Shown: piece after piece, positions 46,224-54,330 of the stretch | How the letters are laid out: each line of letters begins with the position of its first letter | Numbering within the stretch: position 1 is the first letter of the stretch | Notes under the pieces: generated by a model | The model's database searches: none | The model's input: the letters and a program-made list of their open reading frames with translations, nothing else | What the model was told of the DNA's origin: nothing | Source of the DNA: Tabrizicola sp. | Lineage (GTDB): Bacteria; Pseudomonadota; Alphaproteobacteria; Rhodobacterales; Rhodobacteraceae | DNA: 56,726 nt | Reading direction: 5' to 3' | Assembly: GCF_031377265.1 (NCBI RefSeq) | Contig: NZ_JANMET010000111.1 | Coordinates: 1-56,726, forward strand | Made by a program: the position numbers and the translations under genes

Positions 46224-47507
46224 ATGAAGTCAAGATCGCGGATCACGGTTTCCCAGACCCAGCGGCTGTCCCTGAACACCGGACTGGCGACGGCGATCCG
46301 GATTCTGCGTGCCGACGCGGCGGGCCTGTCGCGATATCTTGAGGAACAGGCGGCGGAAAATCCGCAGTTGGTGCTGGCCCGGCAATCGCTTGGTGAATGG
46401 CTGCCGCGGTGGCGCGATGCGCTGGTCCGGTCAAGCGGGCGCGGGCAGGATCCGGGGGGCGAAGCGCCAGAAATCGAAGCGGCGGGGCCAAGTCTGGTTG
46501 CGCATGCCTGGGCTGCGGTTGCCGCGATGCGGCTTCAGGATCGGGACGCGCGGATCGCCGGCACCCTGATCGAGGCGCTGGAGCCGAGTGGCTGGCTTGG
46601 GGCGTCACTGGCGGCGATTGCCAAGCAGTCGAACGCGTCCGTGGCCGAGGTCACTGCGGTTCTGACGCAGGTGCAACAGCGGATCGACCCGCCTGGTCTG
46701 TTTGCCCAATCGCTAGCCGATTGCCTGCGCTTGCAAGCCGCAGAGGCGGATGAGTTGGATGCGGTGGTGCAAGGCGTGCTTGCACGGCTTGAATGGGTGG
46801 CGGCGGGGGACCTTGGTCGAATCGCGCGGGAACTTGGGGTGAGCGAGCAGGTGGTCCGGCAGAAAATCGCGGTGATCCGGGGGTTTGATCCCAAGCCCGG
46901 CACGCAGTTTCAGGCCTGTGCCGCGCCGATACGGGAACCCGATCTGATGGCCCGCAAAGGCGATGCGGGGTGGGAGATTTCGCTGAACCGGTCGGCCCTG
47001 CCGGCGCTGTCGTTGGCCGAAAAGAAGGGTAAGGGCCGGGCTGCGGCGCAGGCGCTGATCCGTATGGTCGAAGGCCGCAATGCCACGCTGTTGACGGTGG
47101 GGCGTGAGATCCTGATGCGTCAGGCAGCGGCTCTTGAAACCGGCGTCGGCGCGTTGGAGCCGATGACCATGGCCGAGGTGGCCGAAGCCGTCGGTCTGCA
47201 CCAAAGCACGATCAGCCGGGTCGTGGCCGGTGCTGCGGTGGATACACCGAAGGGCACTTGGTGGCTGCGCGCATTGTTCAGCCAGGCGATATCGGAAGAC
47301 GGCCTGTCGGCGGCGGCGTTGCGGGATCGGCTGATGCGGCTGGTGACGCAGGAAGACGGCACGCGTCCCTTGTCAGATGCGGCTCTGGCCGAGGCGCTGT
47401 CAGCGGCGGGCATGCCTGTTGCGCGCCGCACCGTGGCCAAATATCGCGGAATGCTCGGCCTGCCCCCGGCACATCGGCGGCGCAAGGCGGGGGCTCGGCG
47501 CGGCTAG
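46224..47507 (+). CDS. rpoN: RNA polymerase sigma-54 factor (short paralog type)
   Basis: Region I-like QTQRLSLNTGLATAIRILRADAAGLSRYLEEQAAENPQL, an HTH region, and the C-terminal RpoN box ARRTVAKYR. Confidence 0.85.
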   Translation: MKSRSRITVSQTQRLSLNTGLATAIRILRADAAGLSRYLEEQAAENPQLVLARQSLGEWLPRWRDALVRSSGRGQDPGGEAPEIEAAGPSLVAHAWAAVAAMRLQDRDARIAGTLIEALEPSGWLGASLAAIAKQSNASVAEVTAVLTQVQQRIDPPGLFAQSLADCLRLQAAEADELDAVVQGVLARLEWVAAGDLGRIARELGVSEQVVRQKIAVIRGFDPKPGTQFQACAAPIREPDLMARKGDAGWEISLNRSALPALSLAEKKGKGRAAAQALIRMVEGRNATLLTVGREILMRQAAALETGVGALEPMTMAEVAEAVGLHQSTISRVVAGAAVDTPKGTWWLRALFSQAISEDGLSAAALRDRLMRLVTQEDGTRPLSDAALAEALSAAGMPVARRTVAKYRGMLGLPPAHRRRKAGARRG

Positions 47508-47625
47508 CCATCCCTAATCGGCGCAACCAATGGCGCGTTTGTTTCGACATCTGTCGCGCCGAGGGGTGACGTTTCAGGCTGACCGGGCTAGCAGGGGCGA
47601 GAACTGGCAGGCGAGGCGCGTGATT

Positions 47626-49629
47626 ATGGCCTATTTTCTAGGTGTCGATACCGGGGGCACCTACACCGATGCAGTGATCCTTGATCAGGCTGCCAACCGC
47701 GTGATTGGCAAGGCCAAGGCGCTGACCAGCCGCCACAATCTGGCGGTGGGTATCGGCGAGGCGGTAGATGCGGCGATTGCGGCGGCGGGTGTCACCCCGT
47801 CGGAAGTGGCCCTTGTGTCGCTGTCCACCACGCTTGCCACCAATGCGCTGGTCGAGGGGCAGGGCGGCCGTGTTGCCCTGATCTTCATTGGCTTTGATGC
47901 GGATGATCTGGGCCGGGGCGGGCTGATCGAGGCGCTGAAGGGCGATCCGGTGATTTCGTTCGCCGGTGGCCACAGCCATGCTGGTACCGAAACGGCGCCG
48001 CTTGATCTGACGGCACTGGAACAGTCGGTGCGGGGTCTTGGCGATGAAGTGATGGGATTTGCGGTGGCCGCACGCTTTGCCACCCGTAACCCCGCGCATG
48101 AGATTGCCGCGCGCGAGGTGATCCGCCGGGTGACCGGCCGCCCAGTAACCTGCAGCCACGAATTGTCGGCCCAGTTGAACGGACCAAAGCGGGCACTGAC
48201 GGCAGTGCTGAACGCGCGGTTGATCGGGATGATCGACCGGCTGGTCGCGGCCTGCGAACAGCATCTGGCCGCGGTCGGGATCGATGCGCCCTTGATGGTG
48301 GTGCGCGGTGACGGGGCGTTGATTTCGGCTGCCATGGTCCGCGAACGCCCGATCGAGACAATCCTGTCCGGCCCTGCGGCAAGCATCGTCGGTGCACGCT
48401 GGTTGACCGGTGCGTCAGACGCGCTGGTCAGTGACATCGGCGGCACCACGACGGATGTGGCGCTGTTGCGCGGCGGTCTGCCCGAGATCGACCCGCAAGG
48501 CGCCCGTGTCGGCGGCTTTCGCACCATGGTCGAGGCGGTGGCGATGCGCACCACGGGCCTTGGCGGCGACAGCGAGGTGCATTTGCTTACCGAAGGGCTG
48601 ACCGGTGGCCTGCGGCTTGGCCCAAGGCGGCTGATTCCGGTGGCCTTGCTGGCCGTGGATCACGGGCCAATGGTGCATGCCGCCCTTGACCGCTGGCTCA
48701 GCACCGAAGTCACGGGCGAGATGGACGGCCGATTTGTGGTGCCGATGACCGGCCAGACCGGCGGGCTTTCCACGCGCGAAGCGGCGGTGTTGGCACGCAT
48801 CGCGGCACCGATGCCAATGGCGCAGGCGTTGACCTCACGGCTGGAGGTGGCGGCGCTGGAGCGGCTGGTTTCGCGCGGGTTGGTGATGATCTCGGGGGTG
48901 ACGCCGTCGGATGCGTCGCATGCGCTGGGCCGGCTTGCGGCCTGGGACAAGGTTGCGGCGGAAAAGGCAGTGCGCCTGATTGCGCGGCGACGGACCGGGG
49001 CAGGAGAGAGGTTCGCCACTGGGCCAGAAGCCTTTGCGCAGGCCGTTGTCGACCAACTTACTGCGCAAACCGTGGACTGCCTGCTGGAAGCGGCGTTTGG
49101 CGAAGATCCGGCCTTTTCGGACCAGCTGCCCGAGGCGCTGGCCCGGCATCCGCTAACGACCGCAGGGTTGGCAGGACACCGCGGTGTGATGGAGATTACC
49201 GCCAGGCTTGGCGTGCCGGTGATCGGGCTTGGGGCCTCTGCTCCATCCTATTATGGCGCCGTGGGAGTGCGGCTGGGGTGCGAGATGATCCTGCCTGAAC
49301 ATGCGGGCGTCGCCAACGCGATCGGCGCCGTGGCGGGGCAAGTCAGTCAGCGCGCAACCGGCCTGGTGTCTTCGCCCGGAGAGGGGCGCTTTACAGCGCA
49401 TCTGGCGACCGGCCTGCAAACCTTCAAATCCTGCGACGAGGCGCTTGTCGTGATGGAGGCTGCACTGGTCGCTGAAGCGTCAGAGCGGGCAAGGCGCGCC
49501 GGTGCGGTGGATCTGCGCATAGAAGCCAAGCGCGACATTCGTGAAGCCGAAGTAGAGGGCCGGCGCATGTTCATCGAAGCCACCCTGACAGCCACTGCGT
49601 CGGGCCGCCCGAGGGTGGCGCGCGGGTGA
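47626..49629 (+). CDS. hydantoinase/oxoprolinase (HyuA-like) family protein
   Basis: The start at MAYFLGVDTGGTYTDAVIL is an actin-fold ATPase phosphate-1 motif, and GDGALIS and SDIGGTTTDV blocks follow. No adjacent HyuB-like partner is present. Confidence 0.8.
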   Translation: MAYFLGVDTGGTYTDAVILDQAANRVIGKAKALTSRHNLAVGIGEAVDAAIAAAGVTPSEVALVSLSTTLATNALVEGQGGRVALIFIGFDADDLGRGGLIEALKGDPVISFAGGHSHAGTETAPLDLTALEQSVRGLGDEVMGFAVAARFATRNPAHEIAAREVIRRVTGRPVTCSHELSAQLNGPKRALTAVLNARLIGMIDRLVAACEQHLAAVGIDAPLMVVRGDGALISAAMVRERPIETILSGPAASIVGARWLTGASDALVSDIGGTTTDVALLRGGLPEIDPQGARVGGFRTMVEAVAMRTTGLGGDSEVHLLTEGLTGGLRLGPRRLIPVALLAVDHGPMVHAALDRWLSTEVTGEMDGRFVVPMTGQTGGLSTREAAVLARIAAPMPMAQALTSRLEVAALERLVSRGLVMISGVTPSDASHALGRLAAWDKVAAEKAVRLIARRRTGAGERFATGPEAFAQAVVDQLTAQTVDCLLEAAFGEDPAFSDQLPEALARHPLTTAGLAGHRGVMEITARLGVPVIGLGASAPSYYGAVGVRLGCEMILPEHAGVANAIGAVAGQVSQRATGLVSSPGEGRFTAHLATGLQTFKSCDEALVVMEAALVAEASERARRAGAVDLRIEAKRDIREAEVEGRRMFIEATLTATASGRPRVARG

Positions 49630-49786
49630 CAAAGTGATCTGACGGGCACAGGACAAACCCGTTACTTGCCGCGCGGGCCAGCCACGTTCGTCGCCGTCGC
49701 GCATTTCCGGGGTTCTCGTCGGCGCTGCGCCGTACCGCTGCCTGTGCTGCGGTGCGATCTGGCGCCGCAAACTACGCGATTCGGCC

Positions 49787-49813
49787 TTGACCTTGGGAAG
49801 GGTCACCCTTAAT
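49787..49813 (+). promoter_or_regulatory. candidate sigma-70 promoter for tRNA-Met
   Basis: TTGACC (49787..49792) and CTTAAT (49808..49813), about 12 nt before the tRNA 5' end. The 15-nt spacer is short, so this call is weak. Confidence 0.3.
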
Positions 49814-49825
49814 GCCCCCCACAGT

Positions 49826-49902
49826 GGCTAGGTAGCTCAGCTGGTTAGAGCACGCGACTCATAATCGCGGGGTCGGGGGTTCGAGTCCCCCCCTCGCCAC
49901 CA
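49826..49902 (+). tRNA. tRNA-Met (anticodon CAU), elongator type
   Basis: I folded the cloverleaf by hand. The acceptor stem is GGCTAGG/CCTCGCC (one U-C mismatch) and the D arm is GCTC-AGCTGGTTA-GAGC. The anticodon arm is CGCGA-CTCATAA-TCGCG and the T arm is GGGGG-TTCGAGT-CCCCC. A 3' CCA is encoded. It resembles E. coli elongator tRNA-Met, but tRNA-Ile2 (lysidine) cannot be excluded from sequence alone. Confidence 0.9.
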
Positions 49903-50030
49903 CCTAAATCTTCCAACATCCTGACAATAAACGGAAAATCGGCCCCACTTTTGGGCCAACCCACCGATTTTCCCACCAACAGGGTCTCGAAGCGCAAGAA
50001 ACCGTCCTCCCGGCCAGTGTCGCGCTGGCC

Positions 50031-50321
50031 GTGTCACCCCGCCTTACGACGGAATGCAGAAGAACAAAGATGCAAGTGATTCCCGACACAGTGTCCCGCG
50101 CTCACAGCGATACCGACATACAACTCCAGACAGTTAAGGGGCTTCTGTTCGCCCTTGATGAGATCATCCCAGAGTGCGAGGGCCTCAACACGCCAGACCC
50201 TCGGTCGAGCGCGATCTTCTCGCTCATCGAGGTCGTTAAGGTCCAAGCTGCCAAGGTCCGCGAGAGCCATGATGCGGAATGGCGGGCATGGCACGCTCCG
50301 AAGCTGAAAGTGGCGGAATAG
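50031..50321 (+). CDS. hypothetical protein in the AT-richer junction region
   Basis: Only an ORF (96 aa, or 83 aa from MQVIPDT), with no motif recognised and weak coding character. Confidence 0.25.
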   Translation: MSPRLTTECRRTKMQVIPDTVSRAHSDTDIQLQTVKGLLFALDEIIPECEGLNTPDPRSSAIFSLIEVVKVQAAKVRESHDAEWRAWHAPKLKVAE

Positions 50322-50974
50322 CAGGGCCATGGCGATGAGGGACGTTCTTGGCATGCTCGACGTGATGCGACCTCCGCACGAGCCGAAGCGCCAAGGTGCC
50401 GTTGCCCACATGTAGGCCTGAGCATAGATTGGTGACGGGATGAAGATGGCTCTCCGGCAAGAAGGCCGGGGGTCCGACTACTGGGGGGGAGGGGGGAAGA
50501 TTCCAGCGGCCCGGACCTTTACTCCACTCCCCCTCGCGAAGTTTCCAGAAATTTTTCAATTCTTGGAGGATTCATGCGACGTGACTTATGGCCGCTCAGG
50601 GCTTTCTTTGCATTGGCGGCTATCTTCTTTGAGGGTAAGGATTTCTCGTTCCACGGTTTTCCCACTTCACCGAACAATTTTGTCGCTCGTCGGGCTGCTG
50701 CTGATCTTTGACGCTCAGAGTGTCCAGTGGAGCGACTTGGGCGGTCCCAGGCAATGCGGTAGATGGCGGCTTCGAGCCCTGAGCGGTCGTTCGCCCGGAA
50801 CATGGCGCGCTCGATCGACGTGCAGGTGCAACGACGCACCCGGCCCAAAGCGGCCATTCGAGGCTGGAGCCGTTGACACGATCAGTCAGTGCTTCTTGGG
50901 CAGCACCACTTCTGGTGACCAAGGCGGAACTGGCAAGGTTTTGCGGACCTCGCAAGCACTTTGCCGGTGAGCTG

Positions 50975-52156
50975 TCAGGCCGCAGTCCATTTGCTCCAAT
51001 TCAGGTAGTCGGTCGCAAAGCGGTCCAGCAAGTCATCGGTCACGTTTGGCATTACGATAGCATGCGCCAGCCCCTTGTTGGCGGCCAACTGGTATCGATT
51101 CACGATCTCGGGTCCCGGCTCGCCGAAGACCACGGTCAGGGCATAAGGGTTGCAAAGTACCGGCCTGCCACTGGCACGCAAGCGGTCCGCCAGCGCCTCT
51201 GCCTTAAGCGAACAGCCAAGCGCATCATGGGCGTAACCGCCGTAGCCATGCCCGAACAGCCGCGCCCAGATCGACAGAACGGCATGGCCGTTTCGCGACC
51301 CCATCAGCGTGGTGTCGTTCGATTTGAGGTAGGCCACAGCGCGCGCGATCCGGTCGACATGGATGCGCCGAGCGACCAGTGCGCCGCAGGGCATCGGTGT
51401 GCCGATCATCTTGTGGCCCGACGTCGAGATGCTGTCGATCCCCATCTCGAACGACGGGCGAATGCGGTCCGGCGCTCCTTGGAGGAAGGGGATCACCATG
51501 GCGTTTAGCGCCCCGTCCACATGCACATAGCGCCGGTCGCGACCAAGGCCTGTCGCCTCCAGCACCACCAGTGCGCCGGCGATATCGTCATGCGCGCCTT
51601 TCATCGTCGTGCCGCAGGTCAGCGCCAGGATCACCGGTCGCCCGTTCAGCCCCGCCACCGCCGTCGCAAGCGCGGCAAGGTCGATCTCGCCCGCCGGGTT
51701 CGACGGCACCTCGACCGCGTCGATCCGCTGGATGCGCGCGGCTTTGGGGATCGAGTAGTGCGCGTCGGCGCTGTACAGCAGGACGGCATCCGGCAGTGCC
51801 TCGCGGCCCAGATAGATGCCCCAAATGTTGCCCTCGGTGCCGCTGGCGCCGATCGTGCCCCAGTAGTCATCGAGGTTCACGCAGCCCCAGAGCCGCATCA
51901 ACCAGGAGACCGCTTCGCGCTCGAGCTCGCAGACTTCTGAGGCGTAATGCGATCCGACATAGGGGTCGCCAAGGTTGTTGATCAGGAACTGCTGCAGGGT
52001 GGCCGGCACGCCCGGACCGAACGACAGGTTATAGGGATAGCCAAGGTGGGTCTGGTGCGCTGCGCGCATGCGCTGCTCGGTCTGAACCAGTCGGCCCATT
52101 AGCTCGTCGTTCAATGAACGGTGCAGGGACGGGCCCCGCGGAAAGGCGTGGGTCAT
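50975..52156 (-). CDS. hdc: pyridoxal-phosphate-dependent histidine decarboxylase (group II decarboxylase)
   Basis: GASGTEGNIWGIYLGRE, YSADAHYSIPKAARI, HVDGALNAMVIPF, the PLP-lysine block STSGHKMIGTPMPCG and GSRNGH. These closely parallel Gram-negative HdcA blocks as I recall them. The start is at MTHAFPRG. Confidence 0.85.
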   Translation of the reverse strand: MTHAFPRGPSLHRSLNDELMGRLVQTEQRMRAAHQTHLGYPYNLSFGPGVPATLQQFLINNLGDPYVGSHYASEVCELEREAVSWLMRLWGCVNLDDYWGTIGASGTEGNIWGIYLGREALPDAVLLYSADAHYSIPKAARIQRIDAVEVPSNPAGEIDLAALATAVAGLNGRPVILALTCGTTMKGAHDDIAGALVVLEATGLGRDRRYVHVDGALNAMVIPFLQGAPDRIRPSFEMGIDSISTSGHKMIGTPMPCGALVARRIHVDRIARAVAYLKSNDTTLMGSRNGHAVLSIWARLFGHGYGGYAHDALGCSLKAEALADRLRASGRPVLCNPYALTVVFGEPGPEIVNRYQLAANKGLAHAIVMPNVTDDLLDRFATDYLNWSKWTAA

Positions 52157-52167
52157 GCTGTGGACCT

Positions 52168-52213
52168 CCAAAAGGGAAAGCAAAAGGATCGGGGCGGAGG
52201 CAGGTCCGCCCCG
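52168..52213 (-). terminator. intrinsic terminator between the small secreted protein gene and hdc (minus strand)
   Basis: 9-bp stem CGGGGCGGA / TCCGCCCCG with a 6-nt loop, followed on the minus strand by the T-rich ATCCTTTTGCTTTCCCTTTT. The hdc RBS GGAGG follows. Confidence 0.5.
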
Positions 52214-52229
52214 AAAGCCAGGCGGAAAG

Positions 52230-52541
52230 TCAGTTGACCAGGTGTGCCATTTTTTCGCGGACGCCCTTGTCGCAGATCAAGAACCGAGACCGATTGGTAT
52301 GTGAATTGACTTCGGTTCTTCGTCCGGCCCGGGCATTTGCGTCGGCGAGCATCTTGGCCATGCAGTTTCTGACTTCGGCCCGGTAGGTGGTGCGAAGTGT
52401 TGCGCAGTCTTCGGTGGGATCGGCTAACGAGCCGACGAGCGGGCACGCTTCGGCGGGGCTGGCCTTGACCGTGGTTTCGGCCAGGACCGGCCCCGAGAGG
52501 GTGGCAAGCAGGAAAAGGGAAAGTGCAGAGAGGATCTTCAT
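52230..52541 (-). CDS. small secreted Cys-containing hypothetical protein (103 aa)
   Basis: The internal start gives MKILSALSLFLLATLSGPVLA|ET. There are four Cys in the mature part. The listed ORF 52230..52718 has a long 5' extension. Confidence 0.5.
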   Translation of the reverse strand: MKILSALSLFLLATLSGPVLAETTVKASPAEACPLVGSLADPTEDCATLRTTYRAEVRNCMAKMLADANARAGRRTEVNSHTNRSRFLICDKGVREKMAHLVN

Positions 52542-52724
52542 GGCAATGAACTCCAGAAAAAGGGTGTTGGTGCCTTGCGGCGGAAACTGGTCGGCCTCGA
52601 CCAAAAGGCGCTTGAACCGGCAGTGACATAAGCCTGCTACCGGGTGCGTGATCGCTGCGTGAAGCGGGCGGTAAATCTTTGCGACGCCGGCAGTAGCGAT
52701 CCGGACGGCACTGTTCACGCGCGT

Positions 52725-52743
52725 GTCACGGCGCGGTCACGGC
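52725..52743. promoter_or_regulatory. direct repeat GTCACGGC x2 with 11-bp periodicity in the divergent promoter region
   Basis: GTCACGGC occurs at 52725..52732 and 52736..52743, about 76 nt upstream of the permease ATG. A second pair, ACGCAT, lies at 52767 and 52779. Function is inferred (SARP/OmpR-type sites are direct repeats one helical turn apart). Confidence 0.25.
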
Positions 52744-52818
52744 AGCGGGTTCAGCCTGGTTCTGCAACGCATCTAGCGACGCATTGATCGACCAATCCAT
52801 TTTCCCGAGGAGCTTTCC

Positions 52819-54330
52819 ATGACCAATTTGGACAAAGTGCAGACCGCGCGCCTGGCGGCCACCTATGTAAGCGCTGCGCCGGGCTATTTCGAAAAGCGCG
52901 GCCTTCGGCGCCATGCCGGGGTCTGGTCGCTCTGGGCGCTTGGGGTCGGCGCCGTCATCTCGGGGCATTTCTCGGGGTGGAACCTTGGCCTTGCCGCAGG
53001 CGGCTGGGGGGGCATGCTGATCGCCGCCGCCATAATGGCCGTGATGTTCCTGGCGCTATCGCTTTGCATTGCCGAGATGAGCACCACCTTGCCGCTCAAC
53101 GGCGGGTCCTACCCCTTTGCGCGCTTTGCGCTGGGGCCGTTCTGGGGCTTCGTCTCGGGCATTTGCGAGCATATCGAATATGTGCTGACCCCCGCTGTCA
53201 TCTGCTACTTCATCGGCGCCTATCTTGGCGCGATCTTCGGCCCCTCGGTGCCCGAGCCTGTCTGGTGGATCGGGACCTACGTCGTCTTTCTTGCTCTCAA
53301 CATGCTTGGCGTGGCGCTGACATTCCGGATCACCCTGGTCATAACACTGGCCTCGCTTGGCGTTCTGCTGTTCTTCTGCGCCGTCGCCTTGCCACACGTC
53401 GATTTCGGCCGCTGGGCATTGAACATCGCCGCTGACGGGACCGAACTTCCGCGCGGAAACGGTCCATTCCTGCCGATGGGCTGGTCCGGGGTTCTGGCTG
53501 CACTTCCCTTTGCGGTCTGGCTGTATCTGGCCATCGAGGAAACCCCGCTGGCGGCCGAGGAAGCGGTCGATCCGGTTCGTGACGTGCCGAAGGGCATCCT
53601 GCTGGCGCTGGCCACGTTGATCCTCACGGCGTTCCTGATCGTCGCGATCAACCCGGCTGTCGAAGGGGTGGGTGCCCATGCCCTGGCGCAATCGGGAGAG
53701 CCGGTGCTGGACGGGTTCCGTGCACTTTTCGGCGGGGCAAGCGCCGATATGCTGGGGCTGATCGCCCTTTCGGGGCTGGTGGCAAGCTTTCACGCGATCC
53801 TTTTCGCGCAAGGCCGGCAGATCTTTGCGCTTTCGCGCGCGGGCTATCTGCCCTCGGGGTTGTCGCTGACCAATGGTGGCCGCCAGACCCCGGTTGTGGC
53901 GATGCTGGCCGGATCGGGCCTTGGCCTGGCTTTCATGCTGATCCTGTCAGTGAGCCTTGGTCAGGCCGAGGCCGGGACGTTGATCGGGTCGGTTCTTTTG
54001 AACATGGCGGTTTTCGGGGCGATGCTGTCCTACCTCTCGCGTGCCGCGGCGTTTTTGGTGCTGCGGCGGGATTACCCGCGCCTGCCGCGCCCGTTCCGCA
54101 GCCCACTGGGCCGCTTCGGCGGCTGGCTGACCATCGCGATCTGCCTGGTGACTCTCGTCTGTCAGGTGCAGGACACGCGCTTTCTGCAAGGCTCGTTCTG
54201 GGTGGTCATCTGGCTAGCGCTCGCCATCGCCTACTACCTGATGGTGGCCCGCCACCGGCTGATCCTGACCCCGGACGAGACTGCCGCCCGCAAGGCCGCC
54301 CAACTTGCAACCGACCGGTTGGCAACATGA
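52819..54330 (+). CDS. APC-superfamily amino acid/amine permease (ethanolamine-permease-like)
   Basis: About 12 TM segments. The N-terminal block LRRHAGVWSLWALGVGAVISGHFSGWNLGLAAGGWGGMLIA resembles the EAT subfamily. Confidence 0.8.
   Translation: MTNLDKVQTARLAATYVSAAPGYFEKRGLRRHAGVWSLWALGVGAVISGHFSGWNLGLAAGGWGGMLIAAAIMAVMFLALSLCIAEMSTTLPLNGGSYPFARFALGPFWGFVSGICEHIEYVLTPAVICYFIGAYLGAIFGPSVPEPVWWIGTYVVFLALNMLGVALTFRITLVITLASLGVLLFFCAVALPHVDFGRWALNIAADGTELPRGNGPFLPMGWSGVLAALPFAVWLYLAIEETPLAAEEAVDPVRDVPKGILLALATLILTAFLIVAINPAVEGVGAHALAQSGEPVLDGFRALFGGASADMLGLIALSGLVASFHAILFAQGRQIFALSRAGYLPSGLSLTNGGRQTPVVAMLAGSGLGLAFMLILSVSLGQAEAGTLIGSVLLNMAVFGAMLSYLSRAAAFLVLRRDYPRLPRPFRSPLGRFGGWLTIAICLVTLVCQVQDTRFLQGSFWVVIWLALAIAYYLMVARHRLILTPDETAARKAAQLATDRLAT

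Noticed and set aside
50467-50497. G-rich tract (CCGGGGGTCCGACTACTGGGGGGGAGGGGGG) that superficially resembles the tRNA T-arm
   Set aside because: It does not form the T-arm hairpin and shares no extended identity with the tRNA 3' end, so it is not a credible att repeat.
50440-50970. 176-aa plus-strand ORF in the tRNA-adjacent junction
   Set aside because: It has poor coding character, Gly/Arg runs and a G-homopolymer tract (50484..50497). It overlaps the possible integrase remnant on the other strand, and no motif is present.
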